Below, piece after piece: positions 8,627 through 18,484 of a stretch of 32,000 nt of DNA (position 1 is the stretch's first letter; the number at the start of each line of letters is the position of its first letter). Made by a program: the position numbers and the translations under genes. The notes below the pieces were generated by a model, which did no database searches, was not told where the DNA came from, and worked only from the letters and a program-made list of their open reading frames with translations. Origin of the DNA: Edaphobacter aggregans (GTDB taxonomy: Bacteria; Acidobacteriota; Terriglobia; Terriglobales; Acidobacteriaceae). The stretch covers positions 1,470,001-1,502,000 of the forward strand of contig NZ_RSDW01000001.1 in the NCBI RefSeq assembly GCF_003945235.1, in the 5' to 3' direction.

Positions 8627-8793
8627 TCTTGGCCGGTATCCGCCATTTTGCTCCATAACTCGCAACATCCCAACACTTCGAGAAATTCGCACCGAGCGGT
8701 TTTCAACAAGCTCAAGCTATCTATTCAAGGAAATATCACAAGAGATCCCGCGGTGAGTCTGGCGTGCGGCAGACCCACCCCGAGGGTTGACCA

Positions 8794-9615
8794 TCAGGAC
8801 TTGATGAATGCGAGCAAATCGGCGTTGATCTGATCCGCATGAATTTGACACATTCCGTGTGGAAAGCCGGGATATACCTTCAGTGTCCCGTTCTTCAGAA
8901 TCTTGGCCGACTTCAGGCCCGCAGCGACGATTGGAACAATCTGGTCGTCTTCGCCGTGCATAACCAGCACAGGAATGTCGATCTTCTTCAGGTCTTCGGT
9001 AAAGTCTGTTTCTGAGAAGGCCTTGACCGTGTCGTACTGGCTCTTGTGAGACCCGATCATGCCCTGCAACCAGAAGTTGTCCTGTACGCCTTCCGAGATC
9101 TTGGCCCCCGGCCTGTTGTAGCCGTAAAACGGCAGCGTGAGTTCCTTGTAGAACTCTGAACGATCCGCGACGATCGAAGCACGAAGCCCATCAAACACGG
9201 ACAGCGGTAGGCCCTCAGGATTGCTCTCCGTCTTCAACATCAACGGAGGTACGGCACCGATCAGCACAGCCTTGGACACCCGCTTGGTTCCGTGCCTGCC
9301 GAGATAACGGGCAACTTCACCGCCGCCGGTAGAGTGACCCACCATCACGGCATCCTTAAGATCGAGCGCCTCGAACAGCTCCGCCAGGTCATCCGCGTAG
9401 GTGTCCATCTCGTTGCCGTCCCAAGGCTGGCTTGAGCGGCCATTGCCGCGCCGGTCGTGGGCGATGACGCGGTAGCCCTGCTGGCCAAGGAACAGCATCT
9501 GCGCATCCCACGCATCCGCAGTCAAAGGCCACCCATGCGAAAACGTAATCGGCTGTCCCGTCCCCCAGTCCTTGTAATAGATCGTCGTACCGTCTTTCGT
9601 GGTGATCGTGCTCAT
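8794..9615 (-). CDS. Alpha/beta hydrolase of the cofactor-free (non-heme) haloperoxidase / arylesterase type
   Basis: [26 protein letters not shown], nucleophile elbow GHSTGGG, and the C-terminal HG..D...P...HG pattern. 273 aa, typical for the family. Confidence 0.9.
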   Translation of the reverse strand: MSTITTKDGTTIYYKDWGTGQPITFSHGWPLTADAWDAQMLFLGQQGYRVIAHDRRGNGRSSQPWDGNEMDTYADDLAELFEALDLKDAVMVGHSTGGGEVARYLGRHGTKRVSKAVLIGAVPPLMLKTESNPEGLPLSVFDGLRASIVADRSEFYKELTLPFYGYNRPGAKISEGVQDNFWLQGMIGSHKSQYDTVKAFSETDFTEDLKKIDIPVLVMHGEDDQIVPIVAAGLKSAKILKNGTLKVYPGFPHGMCQIHADQINADLLAFIKS

Positions 9616-9881
9616 GCTCTCTCCTTTTGGTTTGGTTTGTGCGAGATGATATGGGCTCGAGATCCCGGTTACATCTCCGGGTCAAGCATCGAAGCTTCCT
9701 AATCAGAAAGCTGTATCGCCGATTAGAACATGGCGATGTTAAATGAACATCCGCCCAACGGCCTTTGTTCGTTCCATTCAGTCGGCTTACGGACGCGATT
9801 TATAAACCGTCCAAAATCGCAGACATGCTAGGCTATCCTCAATTTCCGAACACTAAGTTTGAAATCCCAGGAAACAAGTCC

Positions 9882-10700
9882 ATGCGCCTGCTGATCCTGC
9901 TATCTCTGCTCCTCTTCCCCTTCTCCTGCTACGGTCAGCGCACTGGCGAAGCACCCCAGCTTACAGACGGCCCACAGGCCGCTCCTCCTACAGTCGCTGC
10001 CACCATGGACAACAACTCCGTTATCAAGATGGCGAAGGCCGGCCTCGGCGATGACCTCATCCTCCAGACCATCAACACACAGCCGGGCCACTACTCCACC
10101 GACGCCGACTCGCTCGTCGCCCTGAAAGATGCCGGCATCTCCGACCGCATCATCACGGCAATGGTGAACAAGAGCCGCAAGCTGCTTACTCCTGCGCCGG
10201 AAAAGCCCATCGAACTCTCCGATGTCAACGAGATCGGCGTCTACTACAAGGACCACCGAAGCGACAAATGGACACTGATCGACCCGGAGATCGTCCACAT
10301 TAAGTCCGGCGGCTGGATCAAATCGACCGCAACCCACGGCATCATCAAGCAGGATCACAACGGCCATCTCAACGGACGTGAATCCAAGCTGGCGCTACAG
10401 GCGCCCATCGAGATTCTCATTTACATGCCCGACGGCGTGGCCATCAACGAGTACGAGTTCCTCCGCTTTCGCATCAACTCCGACAACCGGGAATTCCGTA
10501 TCCTGACTGGCGGAGTCTTTCACTCCACCGGTGGCGCTGACCGTGACGAAGTAAAGTTCGACCCCGTAAAAACCGCTCCACGCACATACCAATTCACCAT
10601 CGATCGGAACGTTGGCGGCGGCGAATTCGGCATCCTGCCGGCAGGCAGCGGCAACGTCACCAACGGCGGCAAGATCTACACCTTTGCCATCACCGAGTAG
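9882..10700 (+). CDS. Secreted hypothetical protein
   Basis: Signal peptide MRLLILLSLLLFPFSCYGQ. Internal duplicated helix motif (VIKMAKAGLGDDLILQTI / LVALKDAGISDRIITAMV). Start moved from 9765 to ATG 9882. Confidence 0.7.
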   Translation: MRLLILLSLLLFPFSCYGQRTGEAPQLTDGPQAAPPTVAATMDNNSVIKMAKAGLGDDLILQTINTQPGHYSTDADSLVALKDAGISDRIITAMVNKSRKLLTPAPEKPIELSDVNEIGVYYKDHRSDKWTLIDPEIVHIKSGGWIKSTATHGIIKQDHNGHLNGRESKLALQAPIEILIYMPDGVAINEYEFLRFRINSDNREFRILTGGVFHSTGGADRDEVKFDPVKTAPRTYQFTIDRNVGGGEFGILPAGSGNVTNGGKIYTFAITE

Positions 10701-10836
10701 CCCTTATCCTCTCGACAGTTCACCAGAGCAACAGCAAGGAAACACCCGATGGTCTATCCTTGAGCACAGTAGTCTGATTTCGTAACGACCATGCTGAGAC
10801 GCCACCTGACCGGCCACGCCACCAACTCGGTCCCCG

Positions 10837-11886
10837 ATGCGTAAGTCCACCCGCTACTCCTTGCTGCTGATGCTGGCGCTGATCGGTGCCCTCGCCATAG
10901 CGCTGATCCTGCGCAAGGCTGCCCCGCCCGAGGCAGCACGGCTACTACCCGAGTCCGACGCCATCGTCTACTTCAACGTGAAGCCCCTCCGCCTGGCCAC
11001 CCGCTTCGACCGCACTCCTGTCACGCACAGCCCCGACTATCAACACTTCATCGACGCCACCGGCATCGTGCCTGAGCGCGACCTCGATGCCGCTGCCTTC
11101 GCACTCCACCGCATGGACGATCCCAACGGCCCCAACGGTCCCGTCGGGTATTCAGAGGTCTTCGAAGGCCGCTTCGACGGCGAACGCCTCGCCCAGTACC
11201 TTGCAAGCATCGCCACCGCACGCGAAAACTACGCTGGACACGACATCTTCAGCATCCCTGTTGGCGAAGTCGGCGCAGGTACGAGCACCCGGCGCAACCT
11301 GAGAATCGCGCAACTCGGCTACGACAGCATCGCCGCCTCGAACATGCCGACCTCCGAGCAGATCCACTCCATCATCGACCGCCACCGCGCCGGAGCCTCA
11401 CCCTTCTCCGGATCGTCGTTGCTCTCAGCCCGATACCGCGATGTACCGATCCTTTCGAGCGCCTGGGCCATCGGTCGCATCGGCCTTCCCTTCTCCGAGC
11501 GCGGCTACATCACGCTCTTCGGCTTGCAGCTTCCCCTCCCTGAGGACACAACTTTCGTCGCCAGCCTGCGTTACGTCGGCGCGCTTCACCTCCGTATCGA
11601 GCAGATAGCCCCCACCGAAGCCGACGCTGCGCAATCAGCAGCTGCGCTTACGACCCTGGTCGGTCTCTTCAAGTCCATCCAGGAGATGCAGCCGCGCAAC
11701 AGCGGCGACAAAGCCTTCCTCCAGACCATATCCTCACTAAAATTGGAGCAGCGCAAGGATCGCGCTATTCTGACCGCTACCGTTCCCATCGAGTTGTTGC
11801 AACAACTTACAGGTTCGACCTCTACCTCGTCCTCTGTCGCGCAACCTGCCCCTCCTGCTAACATGGCGGCACCAGCTTCCCGCTAG
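10837..11886 (+). CDS. Membrane-anchored hypothetical protein (possibly DUF3352-like; uncertain)
   Basis: N-terminal anchor SLLLMLALIGALAIALIL followed by LLPESDAIVYFNV. Ser/Thr/Pro-rich C-terminal tail. Confidence 0.7.
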   Translation: MRKSTRYSLLLMLALIGALAIALILRKAAPPEAARLLPESDAIVYFNVKPLRLATRFDRTPVTHSPDYQHFIDATGIVPERDLDAAAFALHRMDDPNGPNGPVGYSEVFEGRFDGERLAQYLASIATARENYAGHDIFSIPVGEVGAGTSTRRNLRIAQLGYDSIAASNMPTSEQIHSIIDRHRAGASPFSGSSLLSARYRDVPILSSAWAIGRIGLPFSERGYITLFGLQLPLPEDTTFVASLRYVGALHLRIEQIAPTEADAAQSAAALTTLVGLFKSIQEMQPRNSGDKAFLQTISSLKLEQRKDRAILTATVPIELLQQLTGSTSTSSSVAQPAPPANMAAPASR

Positions 11887-11920
11887 CCTTTTCAAGCCTC
11901 GAACTCGGAGACGACTGCAC

Positions 11921-13324
11921 ATGATTCCCGCTAACACACGATTATTCAGTACCCTCTCGACTCTACCCGTCCTTCTCGCCGGACTCCTGGTTATTCCTAC
12001 CGGCGCTAACGCCCAGTCCAACTCCAAGACCATTACTGGTCAGGCCGCCTTCACCGACTACAGCCAGGAACACCCCGGCGTCCGTCGCAAGATCACCGTC
12101 GCGGACCTACCCGAGCCCAAAGAAGCAGAGTCCGTCGACAACGGTCCCACCGTCGTCCCCCGCCCCGAAGGTGCATGGCCCCAGGCCCCCGCAGGCTTCA
12201 AGGTAGAGCTCTATGCCCAGGGCTTTCGTGAACCGCGACTCATGCGCACAGCCCCCAACGGCGACATCTTCCTCGCCGACTCGCACGGCGATAAGATCAT
12301 GGTCCTGCGCGGCGTCGGCCCTGACGGCAAGGCGCAGAAGATCTCCACCTTCGCCTCCGGTCTCGATCTTCCTTTCGGCATCGCCTTCTATCCCAGCGGA
12401 CCCAACCCCCAATGGGTCTATGTTGGAAACACCAAAACCGTAGTTCGCTTCCCCTACAAATCCGGCGATCTCGTTGCTACCGGCCCGGCTGAGACGGTCG
12501 TTGCCCAACTTCCCGGCTTCGCCCAGCTCCGCGGCGGCGGCCACTGGACACGCGACGTCGTCTTCACCCCAGATGGCACGAGGATGCTCGTCTCCGTAGG
12601 GTCAGCCTCGAACGTCGATGACGTCGATACCCATCCCAATGAGTTCCACCGCGCCGATGTTCTCGCATTCACCCCCGAGGGCAAGTTCCTCAAGGTATAC
12701 GCCAGCGGCATCCGCAACTGCGTCGGGGAAACCATCAATCCCACTACCGGCCAGCTCTGGTGCTCCACCAACGAGCGCGACCGCCTCGGCGACAACCTCG
12801 TCCCCGACTACATCACCAGCGTCAAGGAAGACGGCTTCTACGGCTGGCCCTGGTACTACATTGGAGCACATAAGGACCCGCGCCTTCCTGATCCTTGCGA
12901 AAAAGGCACTGGTCCCAACCTGCAGGCTCCTGCGCTGACTGAGGCACAGGCTAAGGACTGCAAGCGCGTGAACATGGCATCGAAGGTCATCGTCCCCGAC
13001 GTCCTCCTCCAGCCCCACTTCGCGTCACTCGAGATGCTCTTCTACAACGGCAAGCAGTTCCCCTCCGAGTACACCGGTGACGCCTTCGCCGCCGAGCATG
13101 GCTCCTGGAACCGTGCCCACCGCAGCGGCTACGAGGTCATCCGCGTCCCCATGCGCAACGGTCACGCCACCGGCGAATACGAGGACTTCCTCACCGGCTT
13201 CGTCACCCCCGACGGTAAGGTCTGGGGCCGGCCCGTAGGCGTCACCACAGGCAACGACGGCTCACTCTTCGTCACTGACGACGGCACCAAGAGCGTCTGG
13301 CACGTCACCTACACCGGCAAATAA
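11921..13324 (+). CDS. Sorbosone / soluble glucose dehydrogenase family beta-propeller protein (PQQ-dependent type), secreted
   Basis: Signal peptide. Motifs GDIFLADS, GGGHWTRDVVF, GIRNCVGE, NERDRLGDNLVPDY and GFYGWPW are characteristic of the family. Confidence 0.82.
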   Translation: MIPANTRLFSTLSTLPVLLAGLLVIPTGANAQSNSKTITGQAAFTDYSQEHPGVRRKITVADLPEPKEAESVDNGPTVVPRPEGAWPQAPAGFKVELYAQGFREPRLMRTAPNGDIFLADSHGDKIMVLRGVGPDGKAQKISTFASGLDLPFGIAFYPSGPNPQWVYVGNTKTVVRFPYKSGDLVATGPAETVVAQLPGFAQLRGGGHWTRDVVFTPDGTRMLVSVGSASNVDDVDTHPNEFHRADVLAFTPEGKFLKVYASGIRNCVGETINPTTGQLWCSTNERDRLGDNLVPDYITSVKEDGFYGWPWYYIGAHKDPRLPDPCEKGTGPNLQAPALTEAQAKDCKRVNMASKVIVPDVLLQPHFASLEMLFYNGKQFPSEYTGDAFAAEHGSWNRAHRSGYEVIRVPMRNGHATGEYEDFLTGFVTPDGKVWGRPVGVTTGNDGSLFVTDDGTKSVWHVTYTGK

Positions 13325-13333
13325 ACAAAAAAA

Positions 13334-13364
13334 TGAGCGGCCGAATGGTGTCTTCGGCCGCTCA
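13334..13364. terminator. Bidirectional intrinsic terminator between convergent genes
   Basis: Perfect 12-bp stem TGAGCGGCCGAA-tggtgtc-TTCGGCCGCTCA, preceded by an A run (AAAAAAA) on the + strand. Confidence 0.7.
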
Positions 13365-13417
13365 GGTTCCTTCAATTGCAGGATTTATCGATTTAACTCC
13401 TCGATATGTCTCCTGTT

Positions 13418-14818
13418 CTATGCAGCAACCTCTACAGCCGCAAGCGAGCGCTCCGCTTGGGCATCCGACGAGTAACTCCCGGGCGCAACCTTCGGCGTGT
13501 GACGCATCAACGAGACCAGCGCATCAAAGCAAGCTCCATCGAGCTGCCGCGGCACCAGCTTCGACATAATCGCGATGATCTGTTCGAACTCCAGCCCGGC
13601 ACGGTACGGTCTGTCCTCCGACAGCGCACCATAAACATCCGCCACAGCGATGATTCGTGACTCAAGAGACAGCTCCGGCGCTAACAGCCGGTTTGGATAG
13701 CCCGAGCCGTCCAGCTTCTCGTGATGCTCGCCCGCAATCACAGCCATCTCCCGGAAAGGACCCACCCGCTCCAGAATCTGCCGCGTAAGCCCCGGATGCT
13801 GCTGCACAGCCTTCCACTCCATCTCGTTCAACTGGGTCTTCTTATCCAGAATCGAGTTCGACACACTCAGCTTGCCAATGTCATGCAGCAGCGCGGCCCT
13901 GCGAACAAGCTGCACACGATCCGGTGCCAGGCCCATGCCCCGCGCGATCCCATACGCCGCATCCGCCACACCCATCGAGTGTCTAAACGTGAAGTGCGAC
14001 TTCGCATCCACCACGTCCGCGAACGCCTCGCAGATCTGATCGATCCGGCCCGCCTCCAGCCGATGCCGTCTGCCGCCATCCATATCGAGCACTGCAAGCC
14101 GCGTATCATCCTGACTGTCGGTCGACAGGCAGTTCGCCCACAATGTCCCTCGCCGATGCAGCGACACAGCCACGCGAACCAGCTCCGGATCGAACCACGT
14201 CCCGCTGCGTTCCACTAGCGTATTCATCGCCGCCTGAATACCGCGCCCAGCCGAAAAAACATCCAGATGCTGCGCCACCGCGCAGATGCGGGCAAGCAGA
14301 GAGATCTGCTCTCCCTTCAAGCTATCGGGATAACCGTCGCCATCCCAATGTTCATCGAGGCTGCGGACAGCCTCGGCAGTATCGATTCCTAACCCAAGTT
14401 TTGTGACGATGCTGGCCCCACGATCGCACCGCAGGCCAATGATCTCTTCGTTATTACCGTACTCTGTGAGGCCAATCCCGATGATGCCGCCGAAGCCCAT
14501 GATCCGCGCAATCCGATCGATCGGTCCCGCCTTCACCACATGGTCATCGCCAACGATCCGGCACATGCGGCTGGCATTGCTGCTCCATCCCACGTCCTTC
14601 AGCAACAGCGCAAAATAGAGGCTGCTCCGCTTTTCCTGCGGCAGCCTGATCTCGTCTGCGATCCTCATCCCCAGTAGACAGCTTCGCAGGGCATGGCCCC
14701 ACACGGCACCCTCAGTCAGGTCAAGGGCAAAGGAGAGCGCCGAAATGACCTCCGACAGCGAGATCGAACCATCGCTATCCCGAGCATCATTCCGATAGAA
14801 GGCAGACGTTTCAAGCAT
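13418..14818 (-). CDS. Tandem HD-GYP domain protein (putative c-di-GMP phosphodiesterase); the N-terminal copy is degenerate
   Basis: C-terminal domain is canonical: HSMGV, ALLHDIGK, GEHHEKLDGSGYP. The N-terminal domain has LLKDVG (HD to KD) and DEHWDGDGYP. Start at ATG 14818 (MLETSAF) is preferred; the track ORF extends to 14893. Confidence 0.85.
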   Translation of the reverse strand: MLETSAFYRNDARDSDGSISLSEVISALSFALDLTEGAVWGHALRSCLLGMRIADEIRLPQEKRSSLYFALLLKDVGWSSNASRMCRIVGDDHVVKAGPIDRIARIMGFGGIIGIGLTEYGNNEEIIGLRCDRGASIVTKLGLGIDTAEAVRSLDEHWDGDGYPDSLKGEQISLLARICAVAQHLDVFSAGRGIQAAMNTLVERSGTWFDPELVRVAVSLHRRGTLWANCLSTDSQDDTRLAVLDMDGGRRHRLEAGRIDQICEAFADVVDAKSHFTFRHSMGVADAAYGIARGMGLAPDRVQLVRRAALLHDIGKLSVSNSILDKKTQLNEMEWKAVQQHPGLTRQILERVGPFREMAVIAGEHHEKLDGSGYPNRLLAPELSLESRIIAVADVYGALSEDRPYRAGLEFEQIIAIMSKLVPRQLDGACFDALVSLMRHTPKVAPGSYSSDAQAERSLAAVEVAA

Positions 14819-15130
14819 GCAATAATCCGTTCTCGTAGAGCGACGGCAAAAGGTTTGGAGCCCTGAGTAGCAGTCGCAGAGTTGGCCCGTCATGCGACTG
14901 CTTCAGGACTCCACGGCGAGAATATCCAGCCCCCAAGGTCCTCGGTACTCCCCAAAAGATGCAGTGCCGTACCCGACACGGGTTATCTCCCAAACTGGGA
15001 AAATCCCCACCTAAATAACCCCGCGCACATCGGAGCACACGTCACCCAGACGTTTCCATCGCTCCTGCACTAGTTTTACTTGTGACGAATCGCCCCCGCA
15101 GGCACCCGGCTATTTTTTAGGCAGCTATCC

Positions 15131-15874
15131 CTACTGGCGATCCATCCTGACAACCTTATAGTCGGAAGGCGGTTCGAACAGCTTCGGATCAGGCTCAGCC
15201 AGATTGACGCTCCCCACATCGAAATCCTGCGCTGCCGACACCCGCGGATCAAACCGTTTCGTAATCACGTTGATACCAAGCCGTGGCGAATACCAGAACT
15301 CCTTTACAATCGGCTCCGCTTTCTGGTTGCCGATCACTCCAGCATTAATCGTAGTGATCTCGCGCGATCCCAGCACCTCGAGCCCGTCGATCGTCTTCTG
15401 TCCCAGATCCTCGCGCGTCACCGAACCTGCGCCATTCGGCAGCGGTCCCGCCTGCTGCAGCTTCGCAGTTGCCGGCGCATAAAACGGGGTCACGGTGCAG
15501 ACGCGAACATCCGGTCGGCAAATATACAGCTCATGCCGGTTCGGGTCCTGATAGTTCAACGCTGAAAGGGGCGTCACCTGCTTATCGCCATTCGGGCTAA
15601 AGTAGCGGCGCTCCTGAAATACCCTTCCCGAGCTGTCCCGCGCCACTGTTCGACGATTCTTAATAATCTGGGTGCTTCCATCCGGAAGTATCCTGGTCCA
15701 CACCGTCGTCACGACCGCGCTGAACGGCGCATTCGGCGTCGACGGAATCGCAATGCTCTCTACCCGCTCTTGCGTTCCCCCATCCGGAGCATGAATCGGC
15801 GCTTCCTGTGCCATCAACGGCAACATGGAAGCAAGACCAAAAGCAATCGTTGCTGCACAGGAGATGCTCTTCAC
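15131..15874 (-). CDS. Secreted hypothetical protein
   Basis: GTG start preceded by GAGG. Signal peptide KSISCAATIAFGLASMLPLMAQE. No family recognised. Confidence 0.7.
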   Translation of the reverse strand: MKSISCAATIAFGLASMLPLMAQEAPIHAPDGGTQERVESIAIPSTPNAPFSAVVTTVWTRILPDGSTQIIKNRRTVARDSSGRVFQERRYFSPNGDKQVTPLSALNYQDPNRHELYICRPDVRVCTVTPFYAPATAKLQQAGPLPNGAGSVTREDLGQKTIDGLEVLGSREITTINAGVIGNQKAEPIVKEFWYSPRLGINVITKRFDPRVSAAQDFDVGSVNLAEPDPKLFEPPSDYKVVRMDRQ

Positions 15875-15993
15875 AGGACTCTACCTCGACCGCACCAGTG
15901 TGACACAAAACGAAGTAAGGAAAGGATTAAAATCGATTGATTCTGGGTTGAACCGATTAGCCGGAGCTCGCAGAAGCACATCAAGTACCGCCC

Positions 15994-16034
15994 ACCAAAC
16001 AAAAGGCAGAGTCAGCATAAAGCCAACCCTGCCT
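15994..16034 (-). terminator. Candidate intrinsic terminator after the M23 peptidase gene
   Basis: Minus-strand AGGCAG-(19 nt)-CTGCCT followed by TTTTGTTTGG. Short stem and large loop. Confidence 0.4.
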
Positions 16035-16066
16035 CTTACTCTCAAAATTCCTGCAACGGAAAAATC

Positions 16067-17137
16067 CTACCGAGCCAGCCCATCTGCCTTCGTTGCAGCA
16101 GAACCCCCCGGAACGTCAGGAGCCTCACTGCCCAGCTCCGCCAGCGTCGTCCGCAGGTACTTATGCGGATTCACCGGCGTGTTGCGTATCCGAACCTCGT
16201 AGTGCAGATGCGAGCCCGTCACGCGTCCACTGTGACCCACATAGCCGATCACCTGTCCCCGAACCACAGTCTGCCCCGCCATCACAGCAAAGCCCGACAT
16301 ATGGCCGTACAGCGTCTCGACACCGTGACCATGATCGACGATCACTTCGCGACCATAGCCATTGGCCATCTCAGCCGCCTTGACCACGCCATCCGCCGTA
16401 ACACGCACGGGGATTCCGTTCGGCGCCGAGATATCGATGCCCTTGTGGAACTCGCCTTCACCGTTGCCCAACACCGGATCCTCACGCTGGCCAAAGCTAC
16501 TCGTAATCGGCCCCATCACCGGCCACAGCGTCGGAGCATACGCCGACGCGCTCTCATCCGTGGCTCCCGGAAAACCGAACAAACTACCCGAGCTATAGTT
16601 CGGGCCGCCAATCCCTGAAAGCGGTCGGGCCGTCCCGTTCATCGCCGAGTTGCGAAGCGCATAGAAGGCATCGACCGACTTGTAGTAACTGTCATCCGTC
16701 AGACCATTCGACGATTCATCAAGCTTTGCCGTAGCCGCAGCATCCACCACAGCCGCCGACTTCGCCCGCCCCATGGCTCTCTCTGTCACCTTGCCCATGG
16801 GCAGGGCCAGCTTGCTCGCCGTCAACCCGTACAGCGACGACACCTCACTCGCCAGCGATCCCAGTGAAGCGGCTTGAATGTCTTTCTCATGCGCCGCCTC
16901 TTCCAGGTGCGCATAATCCTTCTGGAGCGAGTTGTGATCCTGTCGCAGCTGATTGAACCGCGCTGTCTTGATCAGCATCCGCGAGTACGAACCCGCCAAA
17001 CCTGTAATGGTAAACATGCCGATCGCGGCGGCCGCCACAAAGATATAGGCGTAATGCAGGGGCACCGGAACCTTATTTAGGTTTCCATCCTCATCCCTGC
17101 TGACGAACATGATGTAATAGCGCTTCTTCAGACTCAA
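16067..17137 (-). CDS. M23 family metallopeptidase (peptidoglycan DD-endopeptidase type) with N-terminal TM anchor and coiled-coil region
   Basis: HKGIDISAP...GYGREVIVDHGHGVETLYGHMS...GYVGHSGRVTGSHLHYEV (HxxxD and HxH LytM motifs). TTG start keeps the conserved KKRYY...VPVP N-terminus. Confidence 0.9.
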   Translation of the reverse strand: MSLKKRYYIMFVSRDEDGNLNKVPVPLHYAYIFVAAAAIGMFTITGLAGSYSRMLIKTARFNQLRQDHNSLQKDYAHLEEAAHEKDIQAASLGSLASEVSSLYGLTASKLALPMGKVTERAMGRAKSAAVVDAAATAKLDESSNGLTDDSYYKSVDAFYALRNSAMNGTARPLSGIGGPNYSSGSLFGFPGATDESASAYAPTLWPVMGPITSSFGQREDPVLGNGEGEFHKGIDISAPNGIPVRVTADGVVKAAEMANGYGREVIVDHGHGVETLYGHMSGFAVMAGQTVVRGQVIGYVGHSGRVTGSHLHYEVRIRNTPVNPHKYLRTTLAELGSEAPDVPGGSAATKADGLAR

Positions 17138-17274
17138 ATCAGAAATCCTGGGCCCACAATTTGACCGCGAAGAAGCCGCGGCTCGGAAAGCCTGCTCTCT
17201 AATAACCCGAAAGGCAAATCAAAGTCGCCAATCGTCATTTCAGAATCGCAGTCTGTCTTGAGCGTCGCTATTTA

Positions 17275-17293
17275 AGGTAACAAACAGGTAACA
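17275..17293. promoter_or_regulatory. Direct repeat AGGTAACA-aac-AGGTAACA (11-bp register) in the divergent M23/thiL intergenic region
   Basis: Read directly from the sequence. Two identical octamers one helical turn apart, 87 nt upstream of thiL. Confidence 0.3.
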
Positions 17294-17379
17294 GTGATGC
17301 AACCAATTTCGCTCTTATTTGCATCGTCGATCTACCACAAAAGGGGCATCTTTCGCCAACCGCGTATCCTGCTCTCAGC

Positions 17380-18408
17380 ATGAACAAAATGCCTTCCAGA
17401 CCAATCGGAGAGCTCGCCCTGATCGAACAGATCCGTCAGGCGTCCTCCCCGGTCCGCAACAAATTCGTGACCCTCGGCATCGGCGACGACTGCGCCATCC
17501 TCCGTCCTCCCCGTGGTTACGAGATCCTCGTCACCACCGACTTCACCCTCGAAGACCGACACTTCCGCCGCGCCCTCCATCCGCCCGAGTCCGTCGGCCA
17601 TCGCTGCCTCGCCCGCGGCCTCAGCGATCTCGCCGCGATGGGAGCCACTCCGCTCGCCGCCTTCCTCTCTCTCGCCCTGCCCGCCACCATGTTCGCAGAA
17701 AAATCCGGCCAACTCTGGATCGACGGCTTCCTACGCGGTCTGCGCGAGCTTAGCGAGCACCACAACGTCCCTCTCGCAGGAGGCGACACCTCCGAATCAC
17801 CATCCCGCTTCATCCTCGCCGACATCATCCTCATCGGCTCCGCTCCTCGAAGCCGAGCCCTTCGCCGCTCCACAGCCCGCCCCGGCGACGCCATCTATGT
17901 CACCGGCCAACTCGGTGGAGCAGCAGCCGAACTCGCCACCATCCTCGCCCGCAAACGAAGAGTCCCTCTACCCACCGCAACCGAAAACCACCCGCACCTC
18001 TTCCCCGAACCTCGACTGGACACCGGCGACGCTCTCCTCCGCCGCAATCTCGCGACCGCCTGCATCGACATCAGCGACGGCCTCTCCACCGACCTGGCCC
18101 ACCTCTGCCGAGCCTCAAACGTCGCCGCCGAGATCGAGCAGACAGCAATCCCCATCCACCCCCTGGCCCGCAAACTCACACCCGCTGCCGCCCTAAAAAA
18201 CGCACTCCACGGCGGCGAAGACTACGAACTCCTCTTCACCGCCGCACCCACGCTCCGCATTCCCAGCTCACTGGCCGCAGTCCCCATCACACGCATCGGC
18301 ACCATCAAACCCAAACGCCCACGCCAACCTCTCATCACCCTGACTCCCCCCGACGGAACCCGTTCCCCACTCGAGCCCGCCGGATGGGAACACTTCACCA
18401 ACCACTAG
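17380..18408 (+). CDS. thiL: Thiamine-monophosphate kinase
   Basis: GELALIEQI...LGIGDDCAIL...VTTDFTLEDRHF...GGDTS...DISDGL; AIR-synthase-like fold typical of ThiL. Confidence 0.9.
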   Translation: MNKMPSRPIGELALIEQIRQASSPVRNKFVTLGIGDDCAILRPPRGYEILVTTDFTLEDRHFRRALHPPESVGHRCLARGLSDLAAMGATPLAAFLSLALPATMFAEKSGQLWIDGFLRGLRELSEHHNVPLAGGDTSESPSRFILADIILIGSAPRSRALRRSTARPGDAIYVTGQLGGAAAELATILARKRRVPLPTATENHPHLFPEPRLDTGDALLRRNLATACIDISDGLSTDLAHLCRASNVAAEIEQTAIPIHPLARKLTPAAALKNALHGGEDYELLFTAAPTLRIPSSLAAVPITRIGTIKPKRPRQPLITLTPPDGTRSPLEPAGWEHFTNH

Positions 18409-18447
18409 CCGATACCCGATACCCGATACCCGATACCCGATACCCGA
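18409..18447. repeat. Heptanucleotide tandem repeat (GATACCC) x5 with partial flanking units
   Basis: cc-GATACCC-GATACCC-GATACCC-GATACCC-GATACCC-ga. All copies are perfect. It starts immediately after the thiL stop codon. Confidence 0.95.
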
Positions 18448-18484
18448 CAATCTCCATCCTGCTAGCATCGAACCCATCAGACCC

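Noticed and set aside
17138-17379. TPP riboswitch upstream of thiL
   Set aside because: I could not find the conserved CUGAGA and ACCUGAUCUGGAU-type elements of the THI box. thiL is also not a typical TPP-riboswitch target.
17513-18196. 227-aa Pro/Ser/Thr-rich ORF in an alternative + frame within thiL; also 21262..21990 within the M50 gene and 27216..27998 within moeZ
   Set aside because: These are same-strand off-frame ORFs with low-complexity composition inside genes that have clear family motifs.
18409-18447. Whether the GATACCC array is a CRISPR or a coding repeat
   Set aside because: The 7-nt units are contiguous with no spacers, the array is far too short, and no cas genes are present. 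The ORFs reading through it (GIGYRVSGIGYR) are antisense or overlap artefacts.
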